Assembly: GCF_038051925.1 (NCBI RefSeq)
Contig: NZ_CP150634.1
Span: 2,373,758 to 2,437,757, forward strand
Length of the DNA stretch: 64,000 nt
Origin: Methylotuvimicrobium sp. KM2
Lineage (GTDB): Bacteria; Pseudomonadota; Gammaproteobacteria; Methylococcales; Methylomonadaceae
Reading direction: 5' to 3'
Part shown: piece by piece, positions 1-8,211 of the stretch
Layout of the letters: every line of letters starts with the position of its first letter
Position numbering within the stretch: the stretch's first letter is position 1
Made by a program: the position numbers and the translations under genes
The notes under the pieces: model-generated
What the model was told of the DNA's origin: nothing
The model's database searches: none
Seen by the model: the letters and a program-made list of their open reading frames with translations, nothing else

Positions 1-387
1 CATCGCGGCTATCGATCAGTTGCACATCGGAACGTAAAATATATTTTCGTAGTTTTTCGATGATGCTGTCGAGTAATTCTGTAGGTAAGATTAGAAGGAA
101 GCCATCGTTCGACTTAATTACAAAAAAATTGGCGATAACGCGCCCTTTAACATTGCAAAAGGCTCCGAAACTGCACTTTTGTTCGGTGAGTTCGTTGATA
201 TTGCAAGTTACTTGGCCTTGAAGAAATCGTGCTGCATCGTTGCCGGTGACTGTTAACACGGCTAGTTCGATAACCGGACAAACCTGCCCGGCTTGTTTGT
301 CTAAGTCGTCGGTTTTTTCTATATGGACAGTCTCGGTATTAATTCGTGTCTGCTGTTCAATAAGAAAAGATTTCCAAGCTTGATTCA
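1..387 (-). CDS. ygfZ: YgfZ-like folate-binding tRNA-modification protein. This is the N-terminal part; the gene runs off the window start.
   Basis: The minus-strand reading from an ATG (complement of 385-387) gives MNQAWKSFLIEQQ...LAVLTVTGNDAARFLQGQVTCNI. That matches the GADxxKYLQGQVT motif of YgfZ/aminomethyltransferase-like proteins. The ORF is open to position 1. Confidence 0.5.
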
Positions 388-475
388 TGACTAATCGTTA
401 GAGTTGATTGAAAGTCTCTGATTATACCTCTGTCTGTTTAATGCTTGAAAAATATCAAACCATCGTTGTTATTGT

Positions 476-901
476 ATGAAACATTTAGAATTGGTAACGT
501 TTAGAATCGGAATGTCGAAGCGAGAGAAAAAAATTCTATTGCTCATGCATGTGATGGCTTTGCTTGCAATTGTGCTCAGTGCTATCGAGCTTTATGTTCA
601 ATGGCTATTGATTGCGGTTGTTATTTTTAGCGGCATTGTCTATCGCCGCCGTTATTTTATTGGCGATACGGAGCGCTTGCTAAGATATTCAGGAGATTAC
701 GGCTGGCAGCTTTTCACAGGGGGTAGCTTCGCACAAATTCGGATTCTCGGATCAACGGTCTTAATGCCGCTTGCGATTTTTTTTCATTGTGAATTGCAAG
801 GTAAAAACCATTACCAGGTCATATTTAACGATGCCATGAACGAAATCGATTTTCGAAGGCTAACCGTATATCTAAAAATAACCGTTTCAACAGAAGAGTA
901 G
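476..901 (+). CDS. Hypothetical small membrane protein.
   Basis: A 141-aa ORF with hydrophobic segments (LLLMHVMALLAIVLSAIELYVQWLLIAVVIF). I recognise no family. Confidence 0.3.
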   Translation: MKHLELVTFRIGMSKREKKILLLMHVMALLAIVLSAIELYVQWLLIAVVIFSGIVYRRRYFIGDTERLLRYSGDYGWQLFTGGSFAQIRILGSTVLMPLAIFFHCELQGKNHYQVIFNDAMNEIDFRRLTVYLKITVSTEE

Positions 902-1067
902 GAAATCGGTTTTTATGCGGCATTTTTTTGGTTCGCTCCTGCTTTAAGGCTTACCGCTTAAATATCCGGCGAATGTTGTTTCATCAATCCGTCCGGGAAT
1001 TGTATAATTACGAGTTTTTTATCATCAAAGCAACTATCCCAATTGCTTAAACACTTCAGAGACCTCT

Positions 1068-2159
1068 ATGGCGCTATATTGCGGAATCGTCGGATTGCCT
1101 AATGTCGGTAAATCGACTTTATTCAATGCTTTAACCAAGGCGGAAATCGCCGCCGAAAACTACCCTTTTTGTACTATCGATCCCAATGTCGGTGTTGTTG
1201 CCGTGCCAGACCCGAGATTGGATAAACTCGCTGAAATTGTCAAGCCTCAACGCGTACTGCCAACCACGATTGAATTCGTCGATATCGCCGGATTGGTTGC
1301 CGGTGCTTCGAAAGGCGAGGGGCTGGGCAATCAATTTCTTGCCAATATTCGCGAAACCGATGCTATCGCACATGTCGTCCGTTGTTTCGAAGACGATAAT
1401 GTCATTCACGTTGCCGGAAAAATCGATCCGATAGCCGATATCGAAGTCATCAATACCGAATTGGCGTTGGCCGACATGGCAACCGTCGAAAGGGCCTTGC
1501 AACGGGCGGCCAAAGCATCGAAATCCGGCAATAAAGACGAATTGGCCCGAAAAGCCGTATTGGAAAAAGTTAACGAACATTTGAACACCGGCGAACCGGT
1601 TAGGGCGATGGATTTATCCGATGATGATATCGCCTTGATTAAAGACTTGTGCTTATTAACCGTTAAACCCACGATGTACATTGCCAATGTTCAAGACGAC
1701 GGTTTTGAAAATAACCCAATATTGGACAAAGTAAAAGCATTCGCCGACAAAGAAGGCGCCATGGTCGTGCCGGTATGCGCGGCAATCGAAGCGGAAATCG
1801 TGCAGCTTGATGAGGACGAAAAACAAGAATTTCTCGATGATTTAGGCTTGGACGAACCGGGCTTGAATCGAGTCGTGCGAGCCGGTTACCAGCTGCTTAA
1901 TTTATCGACGTATTTCACGGCGGGCGTCAAAGAAGTCAGAGCCTGGACGATACCCGTCGGCGCCACGGCTCCGCAAGCCGCAGGAGTCATTCATACCGAT
2001 TTTGAAAAAGGTTTTATCCGCGCCGAAGTTATTTCCTATGAAGACTTCGTTACTTACAAAGGTGAGCAGGGCGCAAAGGATGCCGGTAAATGGCGTCTCG
2101 AAGGCAAAGATTATGTCGTTAAAGACGGCGATGTCATGCATTTTCGTTTCAACGTTTGA
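1068..2159 (+). CDS. ychF: Ribosome-binding ATPase YchF (Obg-family GTPase).
   Basis: It has the P-loop [18 protein letters not shown], the TGS-like C-terminal [32 protein letters not shown], and the right length (363 aa). Confidence 0.95.
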   Translation: MALYCGIVGLPNVGKSTLFNALTKAEIAAENYPFCTIDPNVGVVAVPDPRLDKLAEIVKPQRVLPTTIEFVDIAGLVAGASKGEGLGNQFLANIRETDAIAHVVRCFEDDNVIHVAGKIDPIADIEVINTELALADMATVERALQRAAKASKSGNKDELARKAVLEKVNEHLNTGEPVRAMDLSDDDIALIKDLCLLTVKPTMYIANVQDDGFENNPILDKVKAFADKEGAMVVPVCAAIEAEIVQLDEDEKQEFLDDLGLDEPGLNRVVRAGYQLLNLSTYFTAGVKEVRAWTIPVGATAPQAAGVIHTDFEKGFIRAEVISYEDFVTYKGEQGAKDAGKWRLEGKDYVVKDGDVMHFRFNV

Positions 2160-2185
2160 CAAACCAAGAGCGGGTCTCTATAATG
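2156..2185 (+). promoter_or_regulatory. Sigma70-type promoter, TTGACC-18-TATAAT, likely driving tRNA-Met. It overlaps the ychF stop codon.
   Basis: A near-consensus -35 (2156-2161) and a perfect -10 TATAAT (2180-2185) sit about 28 nt upstream of the mature tRNA 5' end. Confidence 0.45.
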
Positions 2186-2213
2186 CCCGCTCTTTTGCAA
2201 GACCTCTTCAATG

Positions 2214-2289
2214 GCGATGTAGCTCAGCTGGTTAGAGCACGGGATTCATAACCCCGGGGTCGGTGGTTCAAGTCCACCCATCGCCACCA
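2214..2289 (+). tRNA. tRNA-Met, anticodon CAT. It looks like the elongator type because the acceptor stem is fully paired, but tRNA-Ile2 (lysidine) cannot be excluded.
   Basis: A 76-nt cloverleaf: acceptor GGCGATG/CATCGCC, D-arm GCTCAGCTGGTTAGAGC, anticodon loop TTCATAA, T-arm GGTGGTTCAAGTCCACC, then 3' ACCA. Confidence 0.9.
2243..2289 (+). repeat. attL. This is the 47-bp core, identical to the tRNA-Met 3' end.
   Basis: It is identical to 17644-17690 (GATTCATAACCCCGGGGTCGGTGGTTCAAGTCCACCCATCGCCACCA). Confidence 0.85.
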
Positions 2290-2678
2290 ATAAAAACAAT
2301 CACTTAGACAAATTAACAAATCATTAATTCTTTTTTTGTCGCAATTTTGTCGCACTTCTAAAAAAAACCACTCCCAATCAACCGCACTGCTTGCGGGTCG
2401 TGATACATCAGGCTATTGATGATGGCGATAAGATAAATTCAGACGTTCCTGAATGGAACAACCTATAAAAAACAAAGACCTCTGAAAGGTAAGCACTAGG
2501 TATTCGCTGTATATCCAGCTAAGTTTACTGGCTAGTTTTGCGAATGGGTATCTCGTTGGAACACCCATTTGCGGTTTGGAATCGGGATATCCCGATTCGG
2601 GATTGAGGCAAAAGCGAACTCCGAGTTCGTTTTTGGATGGGCTTTGCGCGGGGTTCTCACTATGGGATATCCCATAGT

Positions 2679-2820
2679 TGTAGTAGCTCGCGTTTGAAAA
2701 TAGACGGGCTCGCAATTATCCCGTTTTTCGGCTCGAATTAGCTGCGACTGAAAATCCGACTCGGCTCAGAATAAATGCCACTGAGCTTGCATTTATCCGC
2801 ACGGGCTTGCATTCCATTTT
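2679..2820 (+). repeat. Left terminal inverted repeat of the transposon.
   Basis: Its reverse complement matches 7668-7814 (GCAAGCCCGTGCGGxTAAATGCAAGCTCAGTGGCATTTA...CAGTCGCAGCTAATTCGAGCCGAAAAACGGGATAATTGCGAG). Confidence 0.75.
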
Positions 2821-2946
2821 CGCAGGCTCATTCTAATTGCAAATGAAATTCAGGCTTCAGATCAATCCATCATTGATGCGAAGCGGTAAACTGACAGGCG
2901 ATCAAACCATTAAACAGCCTGTCCCGTTTAGCCTGAGGTTTCTATC

Positions 2947-3162
2947 CTATCCGGCGCAACAAGAGTTATGTTGCTGGATGGGCGGACATTTAACCGAACC
3001 GTAAGAGCAAAACACGCAGCAATCCCCCGGCTTTGGCTTTAGCAGTGTACCGCAGGACTTGCATTCATAGAAAAACTGGCAGGCATCAGTCGGCATGGTT
3101 TCCGTTTCGGCGTGTCCGCAGTGTGGGCAGGTGATCGTCGATTCGAGAATGAGGGTGTTCAT
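2947..3162 (-). CDS. GDCCVxC-domain small cysteine-rich protein, accessory to the mer operon.
   Basis: A 71-aa protein with CPHCGH, ECKSCG and GDCCVFC motifs. Its start ATG overlaps the merP stop (ATGA). This family is known next to mer genes. Confidence 0.55.
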   Translation of the reverse strand: MNTLILESTITCPHCGHAETETMPTDACQFFYECKSCGTLLKPKPGDCCVFCSYGSVKCPPIQQHNSCCAG

Positions 3163-3449
3163 TTATTTTCCTTCTTGATAGAGGATGGATAACCGGCGGC
3201 CTTGGTTGCTTCCGTCAGTTTGTCCGCTGTGGTCAGCGTATCGTCGAATTGTACCGTCGCAGTTTTACTGGCGTAATCGATCGAAACCTGTTGCACACCG
3301 GAAACATGTTCAAGCGCTTTCTTGACCGTAATCGGGCAGACGGCGCAGGTCATGTTTTGTACATCGAGCGTGACCGCACGAGAGGCAGCCAGTGCCGATC
3401 CGCAGGTAACGGCAAACGCCAAAGTAGACATAAAGGTTCTAGTTGTCAT
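3159..3449 (-). CDS. merP: Periplasmic mercury-binding protein MerP.
   Basis: It has a signal peptide and the GMTCxxC motif (VQNMTCAVCPITVKKALEHV). A GAGGAAA ribosome-binding site precedes the ATG at 3449. The ORF track extends 10 codons upstream, to 3479. Confidence 0.8.
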   Translation of the reverse strand: MTTRTFMSTLAFAVTCGSALAASRAVTLDVQNMTCAVCPITVKKALEHVSGVQQVSIDYASKTATVQFDDTLTTADKLTEATKAAGYPSSIKKENK

Positions 3450-3459
3450 CGATTTTTCC

Positions 3460-3798
3460 TCAATAGAACAGTGGAGCAAACCATGGAAATGCCAACAAAC
3501 CCAATAAAGGAAGGGTCACGCCCCAAAAAATGAAGCGTTGCTTGCGGATAACTTCATCATCGGCGCAGGGCTTGCCGGATTCACAGGTTTGAGGCGTCAA
3601 ATACAGCTTACGAAACGTCAGGCCGATAAAAAGCAATGCCAAGCCCATGAACACCGGGCGCACTGATTCGAAAGCCGTCAGCGTTGCTACCCAAGCCCCG
3701 CCAATGCCAAGGCTCAGCAATACCAAAGGAGCAACACAACATAAGCTAGCGCCTATCCCGGCCAGAACGCTCGCAATCAGGGTTTGTCTGGAGTTCAT
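3460..3798 (-). CDS. merT: Mercuric ion transport protein MerT.
   Basis: It has the first-helix Cys pair (GASLCCVAPLVL), the cytoplasmic Cys pair (CESGKPC) and the C-terminal FPWFAPLFY. The start MNSRQT (ATG at 3798, ribosome-binding site AAGAGG) was chosen by alignment logic against the Tn501 MerT layout. The ORF track's 181-aa version would overlap merR. Confidence 0.8.
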   Translation of the reverse strand: MNSRQTLIASVLAGIGASLCCVAPLVLLSLGIGGAWVATLTAFESVRPVFMGLALLFIGLTFRKLYLTPQTCESGKPCADDEVIRKQRFIFWGVTLPLLGLLAFPWFAPLFY

Positions 3799-3864
3799 GA
3801 TGAATACCTCTTTTCTAGCGATTCCTGTAGTATAGGCACCGTACTTATGTACGGAGTCAAGCTT
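3799..3864. promoter_or_regulatory. mer operator/promoter, divergent between merT and merR, with the MerR dyad CCGTAC-N4-GTACGG.
   Basis: The dyad lies at 3838-3853. On the minus strand it reads TTGACT-19 bp-TATACT with the dyad in the spacer, which is the classic PmerT architecture. Confidence 0.65.
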
Positions 3865-4272
3865 ATGATACAAAAAAGTTTTACGATTGGTGCTCTGGCG
3901 AAACAAGCCGGAGTCAATGTCGAAACGATCCGTTTTTATCAACGACGCGGCCTGCTGGTGGAGCCTGCCAAGCCACTCAAGGGCATCCGGCATTACGCTG
4001 AACAAGACGTGCAGCGAGTGCGGTTTATTAAGGAAGGTCAGAAGCTGGGCTTTTCGCTCGATGAGGTTGCAGAATTATTGAGTCTTGAGGAAGGGCGACA
4101 TTGCCAGGAAGCCAGAGAAATTGCGCTCAGAAAGCTTGTTCTAATTCATGAACGCATCGAAGGTTTGCGCACGATGGAAGCGGCTTTGTCTAATTTGGTC
4201 GAGAGCTGCGCTAGCAATACCGATTCAGTATCATGCCCGCTTATTCAGAGCTTGTTGAAAACATCAGTCTAA
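3865..4272 (+). CDS. merR: Hg(II)-responsive transcriptional regulator MerR.
   Basis: It has the HTH TIGALAKQAGVNVETIRFYQRRGLL and the three conserved Cys positions (HCQEA; SC...SCPLI). The ATG at 3865 has a GGAG ribosome-binding site. The track ORF starts at 3784 and would overlap merT. Confidence 0.8.
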   Translation: MIQKSFTIGALAKQAGVNVETIRFYQRRGLLVEPAKPLKGIRHYAEQDVQRVRFIKEGQKLGFSLDEVAELLSLEEGRHCQEAREIALRKLVLIHERIEGLRTMEAALSNLVESCASNTDSVSCPLIQSLLKTSV

Positions 4273-4379
4273 GACGTTGCCGTTCCATTGGCCATCAACG
4301 CCGATCTGAGACAAAACGGTATGGCCGGCAGCAATGAGCTGATAGTTACCAATGTAACATGGGTATACTCAAACGGAAC

Positions 4380-4479
4380 AGTGGCATGAAACACAAAAAG
4401 TGTCTCATTAGGGTTGTTTTGGCACATTTTAGCTGTTATTGTGCCAGGGTCTAAACCCTAGCGAGACAAATCAGGACTC
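4380..4479. promoter_or_regulatory. Probable res site (resolvase binding subsites) and tnpR promoter.
   Basis: Inverted repeats TTGGCACA...TGTGCCAG lie about 10-60 bp upstream of the resolvase start. Confidence 0.35.
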
Positions 4480-5040
4480 ATGGCTATTTACGGTTACGCC
4501 CGCGTTTCCAGCGCGGATCAAGATTACTCCCTTCAGGAACAAGCGTTGCGCACGGCGGGTTGCGAAGTGATCCGGGCCGAGAAAGCGTCGGGTACCGCCC
4601 GCACCGGTCGAACTGAATTAGAATTACTGCTAGAGTTTCTGCGCAAGGGCGACACGTTGGTCGTTACCCGCGTGGATCGGCTGGCCCGCAGCATCAAGGA
4701 CCTGCAGGACATCGTGTACGCGCTCAAGGAGCGCGGCGTCACGTTACGGGCCACGGAACAGCCGATCGATACGCAGAGCGCGGCAGGTAAGGCCTTCCTG
4801 GATATGCTGGGGGTATTCGCCGAGTTCGAAACGAATCTGCGCCGCGAACGGCAGCTGGAAGGGATTGCGGCGGCCAAAGCCCGGGGCGTTTACCAGGGCC
4901 GGAAGCCTTCCGTTGACGGCCAGATGATCAAGGCGCTACGCGATCAACAACAGCTCGGAGCCACCGAAATTGCCCGGCAGCTCGGCATCAGTCGGGCCTC
5001 GGTTTACCGGGCACTCGCCAAGCCTCACGCCGAGACCTGA
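4480..5040 (+). CDS. tnpR: Serine recombinase/resolvase (TnpR/TniR-like).
   Basis: The N-terminus is MAIYGYARVSSADQD (catalytic Ser). There is a C-terminal HTH (GATEIARQLGISRASVYR). Confidence 0.85.
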   Translation: MAIYGYARVSSADQDYSLQEQALRTAGCEVIRAEKASGTARTGRTELELLLEFLRKGDTLVVTRVDRLARSIKDLQDIVYALKERGVTLRATEQPIDTQSAAGKAFLDMLGVFAEFETNLRRERQLEGIAAAKARGVYQGRKPSVDGQMIKALRDQQQLGATEIARQLGISRASVYRALAKPHAET

Positions 5041-5041
5041 C

Positions 5042-6676
5042 TTGATCCCGGCCGATTCGCTGTTACGGCTGCGGCAACGGCTGGACCAATTGCCGCCGAA
5101 AAGTCCGGAGCGGGCCGCCCAGGTGGCGGCGGTCGCCAGCCTCTACGGTATCTCGTCCAGCACCGTCTACCGGGCGCTGAACCACATCAATAAACCGCGC
5201 TCCGCGCACCGGGCCGATTACGGCAAACCGCGCAAGCTACCGCGCTTTGAGCTGGAACGCTATTGCGAACTGATTGCCGCCCTCAAACTCAGGACCACCA
5301 ACAAGAACGGGCGCCACCTGTCCACCCGGCGGGCCATCGAGCTGTTGGAGGACTATGGCGTGGAGACGGCCGAAGGCCTGGTGCAGGTTCCGAAAGGCTT
5401 GCTGACGCGTCCCACCGTGAACCGCTATCTGACGCTCTGGCATCTTGATCAGCCTCGCCTGACCCGCGAGCCGGTGGCCGTCCGCTTCCAGGCCGAACAC
5501 AGCAACGACTGCTGGCAGTTCGACATTTCGCCGTCGGACCTCAAACATATCGACAAACCCGACTGGATCGACCCGGCCAAAGGCCAGCCCACCTTGGCGC
5601 TGTTCAGCGTGGTCGACGACCGCAGCGGCGCCGCTTATCAGGAATACCGCTGCATCTACGGCGAAGACGCGGAGTCGGCGCTGCGCTTTCTGTTCAACGC
5701 CATGGCGCCCAAGGCCGACGCCGCCTATCCCTTCCAGGGACGACCTCAAATGCTCTATCTGGATAACGGGCCGGTGGCGAAAAGCCGGGTGTTCCAGAAC
5801 GTGATGCAGGCGCTTGGCATCGACTGGCAGACGCACCTGCCGGCCGGCAAGGACGGCACACGCACCACGGCCCGCTCCAAAGGCAAGGTCGAGCGTCCGT
5901 TCCGGACGGTCAAGGAAGCCCACGAAACCCTCTATCACTTTCATAAGCCGGAAACCGAGCAACAGGCCAACGAATGGCTGCTGCGCTACCTGCTGAACTA
6001 CAACGCCCAGCGGCATCGTTCCGAAGCGCACTCACGGATTGATGACTGGCTGACCCATCTGCCCGCCGAAGGGCTGCGCGAAATGTGCACTTGGGAGCAG
6101 TTCTGCCGCTTCGCCCGCGAACCGGAACGGCGTAAGGTCGGCATCGATGCCCGTCTCAGTATTGATGGCACCCAGTATGAGGTAGAATCCGCCATGGCCG
6201 GCGAATCGGTCATCTTGCTCTGGGGCCTGTTCGACGACGAGCTGTTTGTCGAATTTGACGGCGAACGCTTCGGACCGTACCGACCGGTCTCAGGACCGAT
6301 TCCGCTGCATCGCTACCGGGCCTTCAAACGCAGTCAGGCCGATCAGCGTGCTGCCCGCATCCGCTCATTGGCGGCTCAGCTCGGCTTGCCGATTGCGGCG
6401 CTGTCCGGCAACGATGTACGCCTGGCGGAGCCAGAGCTCCCGGCAACTATGCCCCGGCAACCGTTCGATGCCGAAGCGCACGAGTACCACTATCCAACGG
6501 TTGTTGCCGCCAAGCTGGCCATCGCCGACGAGCTGGCGGCACCGCTGGCCAAACTGCCGCCCGAGGATAAAGCCTTCATCGACCAGGTTCTGGCCGAAAC
6601 GCTGACACGCCGGATCGTGCTGGCGAAAGTCAGGGACTATTTCCGAGATAAAACAGGAGCACAGCATGCGGGTTGA
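5042..6676 (+). CDS. tniA: Mu-like DDE transposase (TniA/TnsB/p480 family).
   Basis: It has an N-terminal HTH (ASLYGISSSTVYRAL), DCWQFDISPSD and LYLDNGP...K-x-ERPFRT catalytic-core motifs. The start was placed at the TTG at 5042, immediately after the tnpR stop. The ORF track instead runs from 4970 and overlaps tnpR by 70 bp. Confidence 0.7.
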   Translation: MIPADSLLRLRQRLDQLPPKSPERAAQVAAVASLYGISSSTVYRALNHINKPRSAHRADYGKPRKLPRFELERYCELIAALKLRTTNKNGRHLSTRRAIELLEDYGVETAEGLVQVPKGLLTRPTVNRYLTLWHLDQPRLTREPVAVRFQAEHSNDCWQFDISPSDLKHIDKPDWIDPAKGQPTLALFSVVDDRSGAAYQEYRCIYGEDAESALRFLFNAMAPKADAAYPFQGRPQMLYLDNGPVAKSRVFQNVMQALGIDWQTHLPAGKDGTRTTARSKGKVERPFRTVKEAHETLYHFHKPETEQQANEWLLRYLLNYNAQRHRSEAHSRIDDWLTHLPAEGLREMCTWEQFCRFAREPERRKVGIDARLSIDGTQYEVESAMAGESVILLWGLFDDELFVEFDGERFGPYRPVSGPIPLHRYRAFKRSQADQRAARIRSLAAQLGLPIAALSGNDVRLAEPELPATMPRQPFDAEAHEYHYPTVVAAKLAIADELAAPLAKLPPEDKAFIDQVLAETLTRRIVLAKVRDYFRDKTGAQHAG

Positions 6677-7637
6677 AGTGATGCAGTATTACGGGCTGAC
6701 GATGCCATTTAACCAGGCGGGCTATTATGAAACCGCCCACCACCAGGCGCTGATGAAGGACATCCGCGGGGCAATCCATGAAGGGCGGCTCATTGCACTC
6801 TGCGGCGTGGTCGGTAGCGGCAAAACGGTGATGCTGCGCCGTCTTCAGCGGCTACTGGAAGAGGAAAAGAAAGTAACCGTTTCCAAATCGTTGGCTGTCG
6901 ATAAACACCGCATCAAGCTGGCCACCTTCATCGCGGCCCTGTTTTACGACCTGTCTACCGAAAAAAACGTGCGCATCCCCAGCCAGGGCGAAAAGCGCGA
7001 GCGTGACCTGCGAGAGCTGGTGCGCAAGAACAAACGGCCGGTGGCGCTGTTCGTGGACGAAGCCCATGATCTCAATGGCCATACCCTGACCGGCCTGAAG
7101 CGTCTGATGGAATTGGTCGAGGATGGCGATGGCCGGCTGTCGATCGTGCTGGCAGGACACCCCAAATTGCGCAATGATCTGCGCAAACCCACCATGGAGG
7201 AGATTGGCTACCGCACTGATGTGTTTTCTCTGGACGGCATCGCTGGCCATCAACGCGAATATATCCAGTGGCTGCTCACAACCTGCACCGACGGCCAGTC
7301 CGAAGCCGATCCCATGCTGACTGACGATGCTTTGGAGCTGTTAGCCGCCAAACTGCGCACGCCGCTGCAAATCCAACTGCACCTGACCTTGGCGCTCGAA
7401 GCCGGCTATCAGGCGGGCGAGAAACCTGTTCCGGTTGAAGTCGTCGAATCCATTCTGTCCCGCCATATTGATGATCTGGAACCCACGCTGACCCGGCACG
7501 GCTACCGTATCAAGGACCTGATGGAGCAATTGGATACGAAGTCCGCCGACATCAAAGCATTGTTCAACAACACGCTGGATCCGGTGCGGGCAACAGAGTT
7601 GCGAGAGAAAATGCTGCGGGCCGGGCTGCCCATTTGA
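6666..7637 (+). CDS. tniB: TniB/Mu-B-like AAA+ ATPase, a transposition helper.
   Basis: It has a Walker A (CGVVGSGKT) and a Walker B (LFVDEAHDL). It overlaps the tniA stop and ends about 30 bp before the right inverted repeat. Confidence 0.7.
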   Translation: MRVEVMQYYGLTMPFNQAGYYETAHHQALMKDIRGAIHEGRLIALCGVVGSGKTVMLRRLQRLLEEEKKVTVSKSLAVDKHRIKLATFIAALFYDLSTEKNVRIPSQGEKRERDLRELVRKNKRPVALFVDEAHDLNGHTLTGLKRLMELVEDGDGRLSIVLAGHPKLRNDLRKPTMEEIGYRTDVFSLDGIAGHQREYIQWLLTTCTDGQSEADPMLTDDALELLAAKLRTPLQIQLHLTLALEAGYQAGEKPVPVEVVESILSRHIDDLEPTLTRHGYRIKDLMEQLDTKSADIKALFNNTLDPVRATELREKMLRAGLPI

Positions 7638-7667
7638 CGCCTGCGATAGTTGCAGATAATTTGAGCC

Positions 7668-7814
7668 CGAGAAAATCGATTGCAAGCCCGTGCGGGTAAA
7701 TGCAAGCTCAGTGGCATTTAATGTGAGCCGGGCCGGATTTTCAGTCGCAGCTAATTCGAGCCGAAAAACGGGATAATTGCGAGCCCGGTCTTTTTTAAAC
7801 GCGAGCCCTTACAC
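7668..7814 (+). repeat. Right terminal inverted repeat of the transposon.
   Basis: See the left terminal repeat. It lies immediately downstream of the tniB stop. Confidence 0.75.
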
Positions 7815-8211
7815 ATAGTGACTGAGAATAAATTTATCGCTACGCTTTAATCAGCATCATCGACACAATCAGCATTTTAAAGGCTTCCAGGGGTTAGAGC
7901 ATCAGCACTGCATCGACATTGTTCAGCACTCGTTTGTACGCATAATTTGCATATATTTCTTTTTGAAGGGCTTCCTTAAGTTTGGCTAATAATTAAGGTT
8001 GAGCAAGGGTTTTTGGATGGGGCTTAGAAGGGGCTTGAAAGGAGCTTGGAAGGGGGCAAAAATTGATTAGCCAACTATCGGTAAACAATCGATTCTCTAG
8101 CATGATTTCGTGCCAACTCTCCCCAAGCCAAGATTGATAAGGCTTAGGGAGCGGCACGGATATTGATATAGGTGCTGTTTCGTTTGGTGAAACAATGGAG
8201 TTTTGTTGGTG

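Larger units (their letters stand above)
2679..7814. mobile_element. A Tn5053/Tn552-superfamily transposon of about 5.1 kb. It carries merR-merTP-GDCCVxC, tnpR, tniA and tniB. It lacks merA and tniQ.
   Basis: Terminal inverted repeats of about 140 bp (2679-2820 versus 7668-7814) are more than 85% identical over about 110 bp. The TGT/GTG termini are flanked by a 5-bp direct repeat ATAGT (2674-2678 and 7815-7819). Confidence 0.75.

Noticed and set aside
1131-2162. Several antisense or overlapping ORFs inside ychF (1131-1580 minus; 1186-1434 plus; 1406-1687 minus; 1902-2162 minus).
   Set aside because: They lie fully within a strongly supported conserved gene on other frames or the other strand. 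They are typical six-frame noise.
2168-2198. A hairpin (AGAGCGGG...CCCGCTCT) after ychF as a rho-independent terminator.
   Set aside because: It is not followed by a U-tract. It coincides with the spacer, -10 and +1 region of a near-consensus promoter for the tRNA. It may be regulatory, but it was not called as a terminator.
2413-2715. A 100-aa minus-strand ORF across the left island flank and transposon end.
   Set aside because: It spans the transposon insertion junction and the palindromic operator-like sites. It has no ribosome-binding site or homology and is likely non-coding.
3784-4005. Long versions of merR (from 3784) and merT (to 4005) in the ORF track, which overlap each other by 220 bp.
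   Set aside because: Alignment logic against canonical MerR and MerT places the real starts at 3865 and 3798, each with a good ribosome-binding site. That leaves a 66-bp divergent operator/promoter with the MerR dyad.
5237-6031. A 264-aa minus-strand ORF and other ORFs antisense to tniA/tniB (5237-6031, 5998-6213, 6365-6667, 6852-7253, 7341-7717).
   Set aside because: They are GC-rich antisense frames of the transposase and ATPase genes. They have no motifs, and the sense genes have clear catalytic signatures.
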